In this document: in pieces, positions 1-9,000 of the stretch
Layout: each line of letters opens with the position of its first letter
How positions within the stretch are numbered: position 1 is the stretch's first letter
Assembly: GCF_001194135.2 (NCBI RefSeq)
Contig: NC_068983.1
Coordinates: forward strand, 149,743,869 to 149,784,143
DNA: 40,275 nt
Source: Octopus bimaculoides
Taxonomy: Eukaryota
Direction: 5' to 3'
Notes under the pieces: generated by a model
Databases searched by the model: none
What the model saw: the letters and a program-made list of their open reading frames with translations, nothing else
Told to the model about the DNA's origin: nothing
Translations under genes and position numbers: made by a program

Positions 1-25
1 ATATATATATATATATATAAAAGAG

Positions 26-164
26 TAATGGAGAAGACGGAGTATATCAAAAAGCATTTATTAGCATAATAATTGTTTCGGCTTCAAGTTGCACTGCTCT
101 CTTGAAGCCGAAACAATTGTTGTGTTAATAATTTTTTTTTTATTGTACTCCGTCTTCTCCATTA
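26..164. repeat. Palindromic (hairpin) MITE-like element
   Basis: Outer arms taatggagaagacggagta (26-44) / tactccgtcttctccatta (146-164) and inner arms aattgtttcggcttcaag (71-88) / cttgaagccgaaacaatt (101-118) are exact reverse complements; 12-nt loop. Confidence 0.75.
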
Positions 165-379
165 ACCTTTAAAATATACCCTATGTATACCCTGGAATTT
201 CTGTATGTACATCCAACGATGAATGCAAAGTTTTGCTGACCACGCCTGATAGCCATAAGCGGTGAACGTGCTCTGCAGCCACACTACTTGGTACTTACCC
301 TGAAACAAGGTTTGGATACTGCATTTAACGCCTACTTTCAAAACCTTAACTCTTTAACTTTAAATTCGACTTATATATG

Positions 380-690
380 CTTCTATTATAGCCCAGAACA
401 GACTAATGCCTAATGAGTGAATTTGGTAGATAGAAACTGTGTAGAAGCCTGTTATATTTGTGTGTGTGTGTGTGTGTGTAAATCTTAGTATTTGTGTTTA
501 TGCCCTTACCGCTCGACAGCTTGTGTTGATTTCTTTACGTCTTCGTAATTTAGCAGTTCGGCAAAAGCGACCCAAAAGAATTGGTACCATACTTAAAATA
601 AGTAGTGGCGTCTACCTTTTTCGATCAGCCTTACAAAGCGGTGCACCAGCATGACTGCAGTCCAATGACTGAAACAAGTAAAACAATAAA
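380..690 (+). mobile_element. Diverged 3' half of the main tRNA-derived SINE family (octopus-type)
   Basis: Reverse complement of the copies at 4921, 15607, 29612: aatttggtagatagaaactg...(TG)n...gcagttcggcaaaagcgacc...gcggtgcaccagcatgactgcagtccaatgactgaaacaagtaaaa. Confidence 0.8.
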
Positions 691-924
691 TAAATAATAA
701 TAAAGAAAACACGAGGTGTTTGTTGGGGGGGGGTTAGCTTTATAAGCTAAATTAAGGGACTGCGTGGTGACATTTTTGTTGGTTTTATGAGAATGTGAGC
801 ACGGCAGGTTTTGATGTATTGGGCGTATTTATTCTAAATTATACAAACACTTCTAATCTATGATATATATTTGTTTTATCATTAAAATATATTTTTACCC
901 TTCCACTAATATCTATTCCCTATA

Positions 925-937
925 ATTTTTTTTCCAG
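925..937 (+). promoter_or_regulatory. 3' splice acceptor 16 nt upstream of the TLR ATG (implies an upstream non-coding exon)
   Basis: Polypyrimidine tract plus CAG (ttttttttccag, AG at 936-937), then aataatacaaaagaagATG. Confidence 0.6.
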
Positions 938-953
938 AATAATACAAAAGAAG

Positions 954-3900
954 ATGGAAGCAGGTGTTTGTTTAAAAATCCAGCTACTTTGCAGTTTATT
1001 AAGCACTTGCTTTTTCAAACTCATTCTTTCAAATCAAATTGAAAATAATACTGTTCTGTGTAAATATGATTTTAGAAAACTATCTGAAACCAGACTCTTT
1101 AGTATCGATGGAAAACGCCTGGAGACAACAGCTCGCGCATTCAGTGATATCAAGACAACTTCCTCAGAAAACGAATGTGTGATTGAATTAAAACATTTAA
1201 ATATACCACGTATCGAAATACGTATTTTGATCTATTACTTTAAGTGTTCTGATGAGCTGACTGTTAGGCTGGACACGACGGATGTTGAGACCATGCCACG
1301 CAATATTTTATATTTACAATTTCAAAGTTGTTTAATGTCCCAAGAAGATGTTGGTAAACTAGAAAGTCTTTATGATTTGCGTGTGTTAACTTATTTTAAG
1401 ACTATACCATCATCTGCTATATGGTCCGGGAGTAACGAAACTGACAATGTAAACGGTATTGATAATGTTGTTTCATACAGTATAATAGGGGACAGAAATT
1501 ACTCTTCCACTTTACCATGGGTATTAACAGCGAACAAAACTTATCCAACTATAGCAGAAATTACTCTCGACGGTATCGGCTTAACCGAACTTCCTGATGA
1601 AATGCGAATTAGATTTCCAAATTTGCAATCACTAGAAATACCCAATAATAAACTTATTGAAATTCCCAAGTTTCCATATACTGAGAGGACTTACAAACTT
1701 CCACTCGGGCTTTCTAGAACGCCATTTATGCAAAACCATTATGCAGACGTTTTCGGAATTAAAGTGAAACCAAACTACTTCAGAAGAATATTAAATTTGT
1801 ACGGCAATCAAATTACAAATCTACCCGATAACTGCACTAGTGGATCTTTACAAATGCTATCACTGGAAGAAAATGGCGTAGTTAATATATCTGACCATGC
1901 TTTTTCAAATATGTACGGTTTAGATACACTTACCTTGGCGAATAACTTACTTATACAGATCGGGGAAAAGCAATTCAGCTATTGCAATGATCTTCAGAGT
2001 TTGAATCTAAAATTTAACAAAATTTCCTGGATTCATTCAAGAGCTTTCAGACATAATAAAAATCTTTTGAAATTGGATTTATCCAATAACAAGCTTGTTT
2101 CATTGGAGGAAGGAATATTTACAGCATTAGATAATATGAAAACACTGAATTTGGAATATAATCAGATTCAAAACCTTTCTTGCAAGAGTCTACCACTGTC
2201 TTCTATTAAGTTAGAGGAAATAAATTTACGCAACAACAATCTTGAAACCTTACCTATATGTTTCTTTTTGATACGTAGGTTGAAACAAGTCGATCTAAGT
2301 TTTAACCAGATAGCGATGGGAAAAGTATCAAATCTACTTGGGTTGATTAACTCATCAGAGCTCATTCACAGTGTTGTCTATTCAGCAAGTTCATCAGTTG
2401 ATTTATTCCGAAAGCCAGAAGAACGGCGATTAATTGATCTCTCTTATAATCAAATCCACCGATTAGATTTCAGTAATTTCACTGAATCTAACCGTCATAC
2501 CATGTTGCTAATTTTATTAAATTTTGAACTTCGTTTCACAGGTAATTTAATTGAATGTGATTGTCATTTACTTCCACTTTTAGACTTCTTCATTACTCAC
2601 AGAGAAAAACATTTTGATGGAAGTGAATATTTTTACCATAAATGGAAATGTGATTCGCCAAGCGAATTTAAAAATACACCTATTCTATCTCTTAAAAAAG
2701 AACAGCTTTACTGCTCTGAAGCGATGCCTCATTGTCCGACTAATTGCATGTGTTACCGTCGTTTAGTACAGAAAACAGTTATTGTTGATTGCAGATATAG
2801 AAAAATCACAGTCTTTCCTCTTACTATGCCAGACGGTAAACTTGAAGTATGGCTTCAGTTTAATAACATAACTAAACTTGTTAACAGGCCGTATTTATCT
2901 CAGATTACACATCTTAATCTTACAAAAAACAGTATTACTTCATTGAATTACACTGTGATGAGAAATATGGTAAACCTCAAACAAATGATTCTGGATTGGA
3001 ATCTTTTGACTACATTACCTAAAGGAATACAAAACGTTCAATTTGAAGTCTTAAGTATCAATCATAATCATTTTTTTTGCGATTGCACAAATATATGGCT
3101 GAAAAAATGGTTACAGAAATCAAGGGAATCAATTTTGAATTGGCGAAGAATTGTATGTAATACTGTAGGAGATAAAGTTCTGGATATTGTAGTGGTTCCC
3201 AACGACAAATTTATCTGTAATAATCCGAATGATAATTTCAAGAAGACATTAACGTTAGGGCTATCCCTTGCTCTAGCTATTCTAATTTTACTTGTTTGCC
3301 TTTTCTTACTCATTCACTATTGGTTGGAAATAAAAGTTATACTGTATGTCTACTTAAATATTCACCCATTTGACAGTAATCCCGCCAAAATAGATGATGG
3401 TTTAGAACCTATTGATACGCTTATAGTGTATTCTAAATCACTTTCTGAGTGGGCTACCGAAAACATTATTAAGAATCTCGAAAAGTTGAGTTTCAACGTC
3501 TTAGATACGAACCGTGATCTCCTGATTGGTATGAGTTTTCAGGAGAACATGCGCGTAGCCGTGTCCCGAAGCAAATACTGTATCATTGTTCTCTCTGAAG
3601 AAAGCATCGAAGACCCACTGGTACAAATAGCTCTTTCGTATACTTATGAAAAAACACTCTATGGGAGACCAACATATATTATACTTATCTTACACAATAT
3701 TAAAAGAAATGTAGTTAAAAATAAAAATCTTAAAAAATACTTGTACAGTGGCCGTTTTATAAAATCTACAGACCACATGATGGAAAAGAAATTATTGTAT
3801 ATGCTAACCGGTAGAAACTTATATAACAATCATGATATCCCATTACGCCGTAGAAAGTCTTACAAAGAATTTTTTCCGGAAGTTTTGGGCTCTGCCAATA

Positions 3901-4373
3901 CTCTGAATGAACAAAAGAAGTATGATATTTTCATTAGTTACCCTGACCAGACTTATCAATTTGCTACTGGACCTTTATTATCCACTTTACAATCACGTGG
4001 CTATTCCATCTGCTTACCAGATCGAGACTTTGTCGTCGGCTCAGCTAAAGAAGAAAACATATTGAGGGCCATTAAAAGCTCAGTTAGAACCTTGATTGTT
4101 ATCACTAAATCTCATGTGGAAGATGAATGGCAACTATTTACTCTAAGAACAGCAGTCCAGTGTTCTCTTAAGAAACCTTTCAATTATTTATTGTGTATTT
4201 TAGATGGTATTGTAGATAAGAGCAAACTCGATCTTGAGACGCAGGCTTATGTAACGTCTCATGTTGTCATTGACAAAGACGATCCACTGTTATGGAAGAA
4301 ATTGTTTCGTTCAATCCCACCAGCAAGGACAATTGAGAACTCCACATCTGCATTTGACTCAAGAAAATCATGA
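954..4373 (+). CDS. Toll-like receptor, multi-cysteine-cluster (Toll/protostome type), with two tandem TIR domains; single coding exon, 1139 aa
   Basis: Hydrophobic signal peptide (~aa 1-26); repeated LxxLxLxxNxL LRRs; LRRCT (NLIECDC...WKC...LYC); LRRNT (CPTNCMC...VDC); 3-4 more LRRs; second LRRCT (NHFFCDC...W...VC...C); TM helix ~3249-3323 (LTLGLSLALAILILLVCLFLLIHYW); TIR1 ~3411-3812 (IDTLIVYS...RDLLIG...SKYCIIVLS); TIR2 ~3921-4320 (YDIFISY...DRDFVVG...SVRTLIVIT...EW...LWKKL). Confidence 0.96.
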   Translation: MEAGVCLKIQLLCSLLSTCFFKLILSNQIENNTVLCKYDFRKLSETRLFSIDGKRLETTARAFSDIKTTSSENECVIELKHLNIPRIEIRILIYYFKCSDELTVRLDTTDVETMPRNILYLQFQSCLMSQEDVGKLESLYDLRVLTYFKTIPSSAIWSGSNETDNVNGIDNVVSYSIIGDRNYSSTLPWVLTANKTYPTIAEITLDGIGLTELPDEMRIRFPNLQSLEIPNNKLIEIPKFPYTERTYKLPLGLSRTPFMQNHYADVFGIKVKPNYFRRILNLYGNQITNLPDNCTSGSLQMLSLEENGVVNISDHAFSNMYGLDTLTLANNLLIQIGEKQFSYCNDLQSLNLKFNKISWIHSRAFRHNKNLLKLDLSNNKLVSLEEGIFTALDNMKTLNLEYNQIQNLSCKSLPLSSIKLEEINLRNNNLETLPICFFLIRRLKQVDLSFNQIAMGKVSNLLGLINSSELIHSVVYSASSSVDLFRKPEERRLIDLSYNQIHRLDFSNFTESNRHTMLLILLNFELRFTGNLIECDCHLLPLLDFFITHREKHFDGSEYFYHKWKCDSPSEFKNTPILSLKKEQLYCSEAMPHCPTNCMCYRRLVQKTVIVDCRYRKITVFPLTMPDGKLEVWLQFNNITKLVNRPYLSQITHLNLTKNSITSLNYTVMRNMVNLKQMILDWNLLTTLPKGIQNVQFEVLSINHNHFFCDCTNIWLKKWLQKSRESILNWRRIVCNTVGDKVLDIVVVPNDKFICNNPNDNFKKTLTLGLSLALAILILLVCLFLLIHYWLEIKVILYVYLNIHPFDSNPAKIDDGLEPIDTLIVYSKSLSEWATENIIKNLEKLSFNVLDTNRDLLIGMSFQENMRVAVSRSKYCIIVLSEESIEDPLVQIALSYTYEKTLYGRPTYIILILHNIKRNVVKNKNLKKYLYSGRFIKSTDHMMEKKLLYMLTGRNLYNNHDIPLRRRKSYKEFFPEVLGSANTLNEQKKYDIFISYPDQTYQFATGPLLSTLQSRGYSICLPDRDFVVGSAKEENILRAIKSSVRTLIVITKSHVEDEWQLFTLRTAVQCSLKKPFNYLLCILDGIVDKSKLDLETQAYVTSHVVIDKDDPLLWKKLFRSIPPARTIENSTSAFDSRKS

Positions 4374-4488
4374 AGATGTTACATTAAAAAAAATACTAAT
4401 AAGAATTCACAGACTTAAATACATTATAAAGAAACACTACCATCATCTTTTATGTATTATTTATTTCGTTTAAAAACCATCAACATTT

Positions 4489-5885
4489 GGATCTTTTCCT
4501 TTTCATGGGCAACTCGATTAATTAATTTTCTTTAACTAAACACTTTGAAACTTCGGATACTGGTAGAATGTGTCATATAGAACATCTTTTACTCTTAGCG
4601 TTATTGAGAAAAGTTTCTATTTACGAAGTTATTTCGTGTTAAAGTTGTCGTATTTCGGTAATTTCAACCAATCAATGACGTGTATTCAGCTGAATAAAAT
4701 TACTGCTGTTGTATGTCAACAACAACTTCCGGCGGCGTATATTTCGTTTGTCACTTATTTATGACATTTCATCTCAGTTACATTCGTATGAATAAACGAA
4801 GCACGTTTACTTCATGACACCACTAAATCGTTCGTGCATTTCCACTGCTTTTTAGGATTTTTTCCTGTTTTTCAGCTGCTATTTTCGGAAAGACTTCCTC
4901 CCTTCCTCGCCCCTTTTTTCTTACTCTTTTACTCTTTTACTTGTTTCAGTCATTTGAATGCGGCCATGCTGGAGCACCGTCTTTAGTCGAGCAAATCGAC
5001 CCCAGGACTTATTCTTTGTAAGCCTAGTACTTATTCTATCGGTCTCTTTTGCCGAACCGCTAAGTTACAGGGACGTAAACACACCAGCATCGGTTGTCAA
5101 GCGATGTTGGGGGGGGGACAAACACACACACACACACACACACACANNNNNNNNNNNNNNNNNNNNNNNNNNNNNNNNNNNNNNNNNNNNNNNNNNNNNN
5201 NNNNNNNNNNNNNNNNNNNNNNNNNNNNNNNNNNNNNNNNNNNNNNNNNNNNNNNNNNNNNNNNNNNNNNNNNNNNNNNNNNNNNNNNNNNNNNNNNNNN
5301 NNNNNNNNNNNNNNNNNNNNNNNNNNNNNNNNNNNNNNNNNNNNNNNNNNNNNNNNNNNNNNNNNNNNNNNNNNNNNNNNNNNNNNNNNNNNNNNNNNNN
5401 NNNNNNNNNNNNNNNNNNNNNNNNNNNNNNNNNNNNNNNNNNNNNNNNNNNNNNNNNNNNNNNNNNNNNNNNNNNNNNNNNNNNNNNNNNNNNNNNNNNC
5501 TCCAATTTCTTCATTTTTCACTTTTTTCCGTAACTCTAACCCTAAAACCCCAATCCTAACCCTAACCCTAAAACCCTAAAGCTAAAACCAGTACAAACGC
5601 ACGAACGATGTCATAAATACCAGTGACAAACGAAATATGCACCGCCGATAGTTGTTGACATACAACAGCAGTAATTTTATTTAGCTGAATACACGTCATT
5701 GATTGGTTGAAATTACCGAAATACGACAACTTTAACACGAAATAACTTCGTAAATAGAAACTTTTCTCAATAACGCTAAGAGTAAAAGATGTTCTATATG
5801 ACACATTCTACCAGTATCCGAAGTTTCAAAGTGTTTAGTTAAAGAAAATTAATTAATCGAGTTGCCCATGAAAAGGAAAAGATCC
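4489..5885. mobile_element. Non-autonomous foldback DNA transposon with ~300-bp terminal inverted repeats, internal (CCCTAA)-like repeats, an internal SINE insertion and a gap; superfamily unassigned
   Basis: Arms begin ggatcttttccttttcatgggcaac (4489) and end gttgcccatgaaaaggaaaagatcc (5885). The ORF track shows the same peptide on opposite strands (4570+ and 5804-). The left arm has a ~60-bp insertion (4768-4828). Telomere-like taaccc repeats at 5531-5580. No TSD recognised. Confidence 0.85.
4921..5146 (-). mobile_element. Main tRNA-derived SINE, 3' part, runs into gap
   Basis: (ttttactc)n tail, ttgtttcagtcatttga..gcggccatgctggagcaccg...gccgaaccgctaagttac...gtcaagcgatg then (CA)n; near-identical to 15607-15911 and 29612-30000. 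Confidence 0.9.
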
Positions 5886-6056
5886 CTAGATTTTGTTCAT
5901 TGTAGCCTTATCATTCATCGCATTTTCACTTTCTGTATTATAGAAATTCGATTGTATATATTCATTTACGCCGTCTCTATTCCAAGCATCCGGTTTCTAT
6001 CACATTCAAGACAATCTTGAAAAATATAACGGAACTTCATGTCAGTGAATAAATTA

Positions 6057-9000
6057 TCAGACTGAGTAAAAAGTAAGCAACGTTTTGAAACATGAAATTC
6101 ATCACAATATATTTCAACAATGCGGACATTTTATTCATCAAAGTAAGTACCATTACAATCAACACATTTTTGCCAACGAGCTACAAGTTTGTTTATTCCG
6201 GAAACACAAAGTGTGTTCAAAGAGTTCTGGAGCTGATAAACTCTTTGAACACACTTTCAGCATGGATTTGATTTTTGAACTCCTCTTGCAGGAAACCATC
6301 GAGGTGCTTGAAAAGGTGGTAATAGGTAGGAGAAAGGCCTGGGGAATATGCTGGGTGGGGAAGAACTTCGTAGTCAAGTTCCCTTAACTTCTTAATTGTC
6401 ATTAGTGAGACGTGTGGTCGAATGTTGTCATGAAGAACCAACCCCTGCGAAGAATGTTTTTTATTGTTGTACAGAATCTACTTTTCATCATAAGTTACAA
6501 TACAGTCGAGAAATGTATCGGTCTGGTTGCGAAGAAGAACCGACTAGCAAATTTCATATCTGCGCATTTTCTGATTTTCATTCAAATCGTATGGTACCCA
6601 TTTGTCGAGTTTTTTGATTTTTCGATCGCATACAAATAGCTGCAGGCAGGTTTCCGGCTAACTTGAAGTTCTTTTGCCAATTCTCGAGTGGTTTTACGTG
6701 GACCTTTCTCAATGATGGTCTTTCATTGGCCGTCATCGATGACAGATGGGCGTCCACTATGCTCACGATCTTCAAGGCTCAGGTCTCCACTGCGAAATCG
6801 TTTAAACCATTTTCGAGCTGACCACTCACTGGTCATTTCCTCACCAAATGTTTTACTGCGTTTTTTTATTACCTATAAAAGGTGTATATCGAAACCAGAA
6901 TGACAAATACAACACATACAGACAATACATAACGAGACATAACATAGAACCGGGGAACTAAAATTATAAAATAGAAATTTAAGAAAAGAAGTAAAAATAA
7001 AAGAAACGAATGAATTATGAAAAGATGATACAATGAGGCGGAATGCCCACTTGAACCCCGAAGTCGAGTTGTTACATTTAGACAGTCTTCCTATTCTTTT
7101 TTTCTCATTTTTTTAAGAACACATTTTTCTCGGGTAAAGCTCAAAATTTTTTTTTGCCCGTTTTTTTTCACCTTTTGTTTCAAAAATGTTCATAATAAAT
7201 TAGTTACCTTTAATCTGAAATTCTTGATCCTTTTATAAATCACAACCGGCGGCCTTCCATTAAAATACACCGGTCCGGGAAACCTTATGATAATTTCACT
7301 ACAATATTTCCATAGGTTGTCGCTCATTTCCACGTTTACCAAATACACACCTTTCTTCTCCGAACTTCCCCTTAGGTAGTTACACTCTAATCAAATTTTT
7401 TTTATCTTTTCCATTTTTGCCTGCACCCGTCTTTCCGTCTCCATTTCTCCTTCTATCTCCTCTTTCTCACTCTGAATCGGATCAGTCTGCTTCTTTTTAT
7501 ATAAGAGGCACTTCAATTTCATGTTCCCCCTTTCACCGCAGGTGTAGCAATTGGGTCTGTGACCCTCTAGTATCACTTTCAAGGAATTTTCCCTTACAAT
7601 CTCTACTTGGTAGGGAAGCCTTTCTATATCTTCATATGTGGTGAAGAGCCAAATCTCCACTCCGCTCCCCCATCAATTCAACACCTTGGCCAAAATCTTT
7701 ATCTCTGCCTTCAGCAGAGTGATGGGCCTAAAATTGTCTATCCTATCCCCCTTGTCCGGGTCCTTCCTGACCAGTGTCACCACTCCCTGGCGCACAGATC
7801 TGGAATCCACCCATTCTCTTGCCAGTTCCCGTAAACGCTAGCCAGTACGTATCCGAACAAGTATGACATACTTTTATATAGCTCGTAAGGTAGACCATCA
7901 AGTCCCGCGCCTTACCACCGCCGCAGTCAGCTATGGTCCCAATCATTTCCTCAGGTGTGATCGACCCTTCATAGCTCTCTGCATCCTACCCCGAGAGACG
8001 CGGCAGCCCGGCGAGGAAGTCCATAAGGTCTCCACGAAAAGCTGGGTGAAGTGTTCCGGGAAAGACTGACACATCTCCTCGGGTTTGTTTATCAACTCAC
8101 CTTGCGAATTCACTAAAGATCGAATTTTGGAATCGTTTCCACGTTGAGCCTCCACAACACGTGCCCATCCAGCGGCCTTCATTCCCTCGCTCCCCATTGC
8201 ACGAAGTCTAGCTCTGACGATTCACTCCATGAGCTTGGCTTCGAGGTGCTGGTTTAACTCCAGTCTCTTCACCTTCACCTGAGATGCGTCGCCAGTTCTC
8301 ATGGCTTCCTCTAGGGCCTTAACTAATTCAATTTCCTTCCTACGCCCTCTAACCACTAAACCTGCACTATATTTAATAGACTCAATTTTAATGGCTCTTT
8401 TGAGGGCGTACCACCATTTGTTATTGATAATAGAACCGGTCAACGCCCTCTGTATTAATAATTTAATCCGGCTCCTGTACTCCTCAATCGCCAAAAGGGA
8501 CTTATTGAGTTTCCAGTAGCCGATCCCTTACTACATAATCTATCTAGGTACAGTTTACAAGTGACTATCTTGTGGTTGCTGTAACTGACCAGGTGATATT
8601 GTGGACACGTAACTATATCTTATCTAGTTTTCTAATAAAAATCCTATCTATGTAAGACCTAGAAGACCCGTCGCTATTTGACCATGTCCACAATGAAGCG
8701 TCCGGGAATTCTAATCTGTAGGGATCTACTAGATGAAAGCGACTTAGTAAATCCCGGAAGTCAATGTTAGGTCTCCTGTCAGAATTAGAGCCAACACTAT
8801 CCACGCGTGCATCGAGAATAGTTTTAACGTCTCTTAACACAACTAATGAACGTGATGTGCCTAGAAACTTCTCCAAATCTCGGTAATGTCAGTCTGACTC
8901 GAATTGGGCGCATAAACAGCGACCAGCCTGATTTCCTTACCACAACTGAATGTCAGGCCTAAAAGACAAGCCTACCTTCTGGATTAGAAAAAATTAAACT

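Noticed and set aside
5531-5580. Telomere-like repeats as a chromosome end or fusion site
   Set aside because: Short, degenerate and located at the same internal position in two transposon copies.
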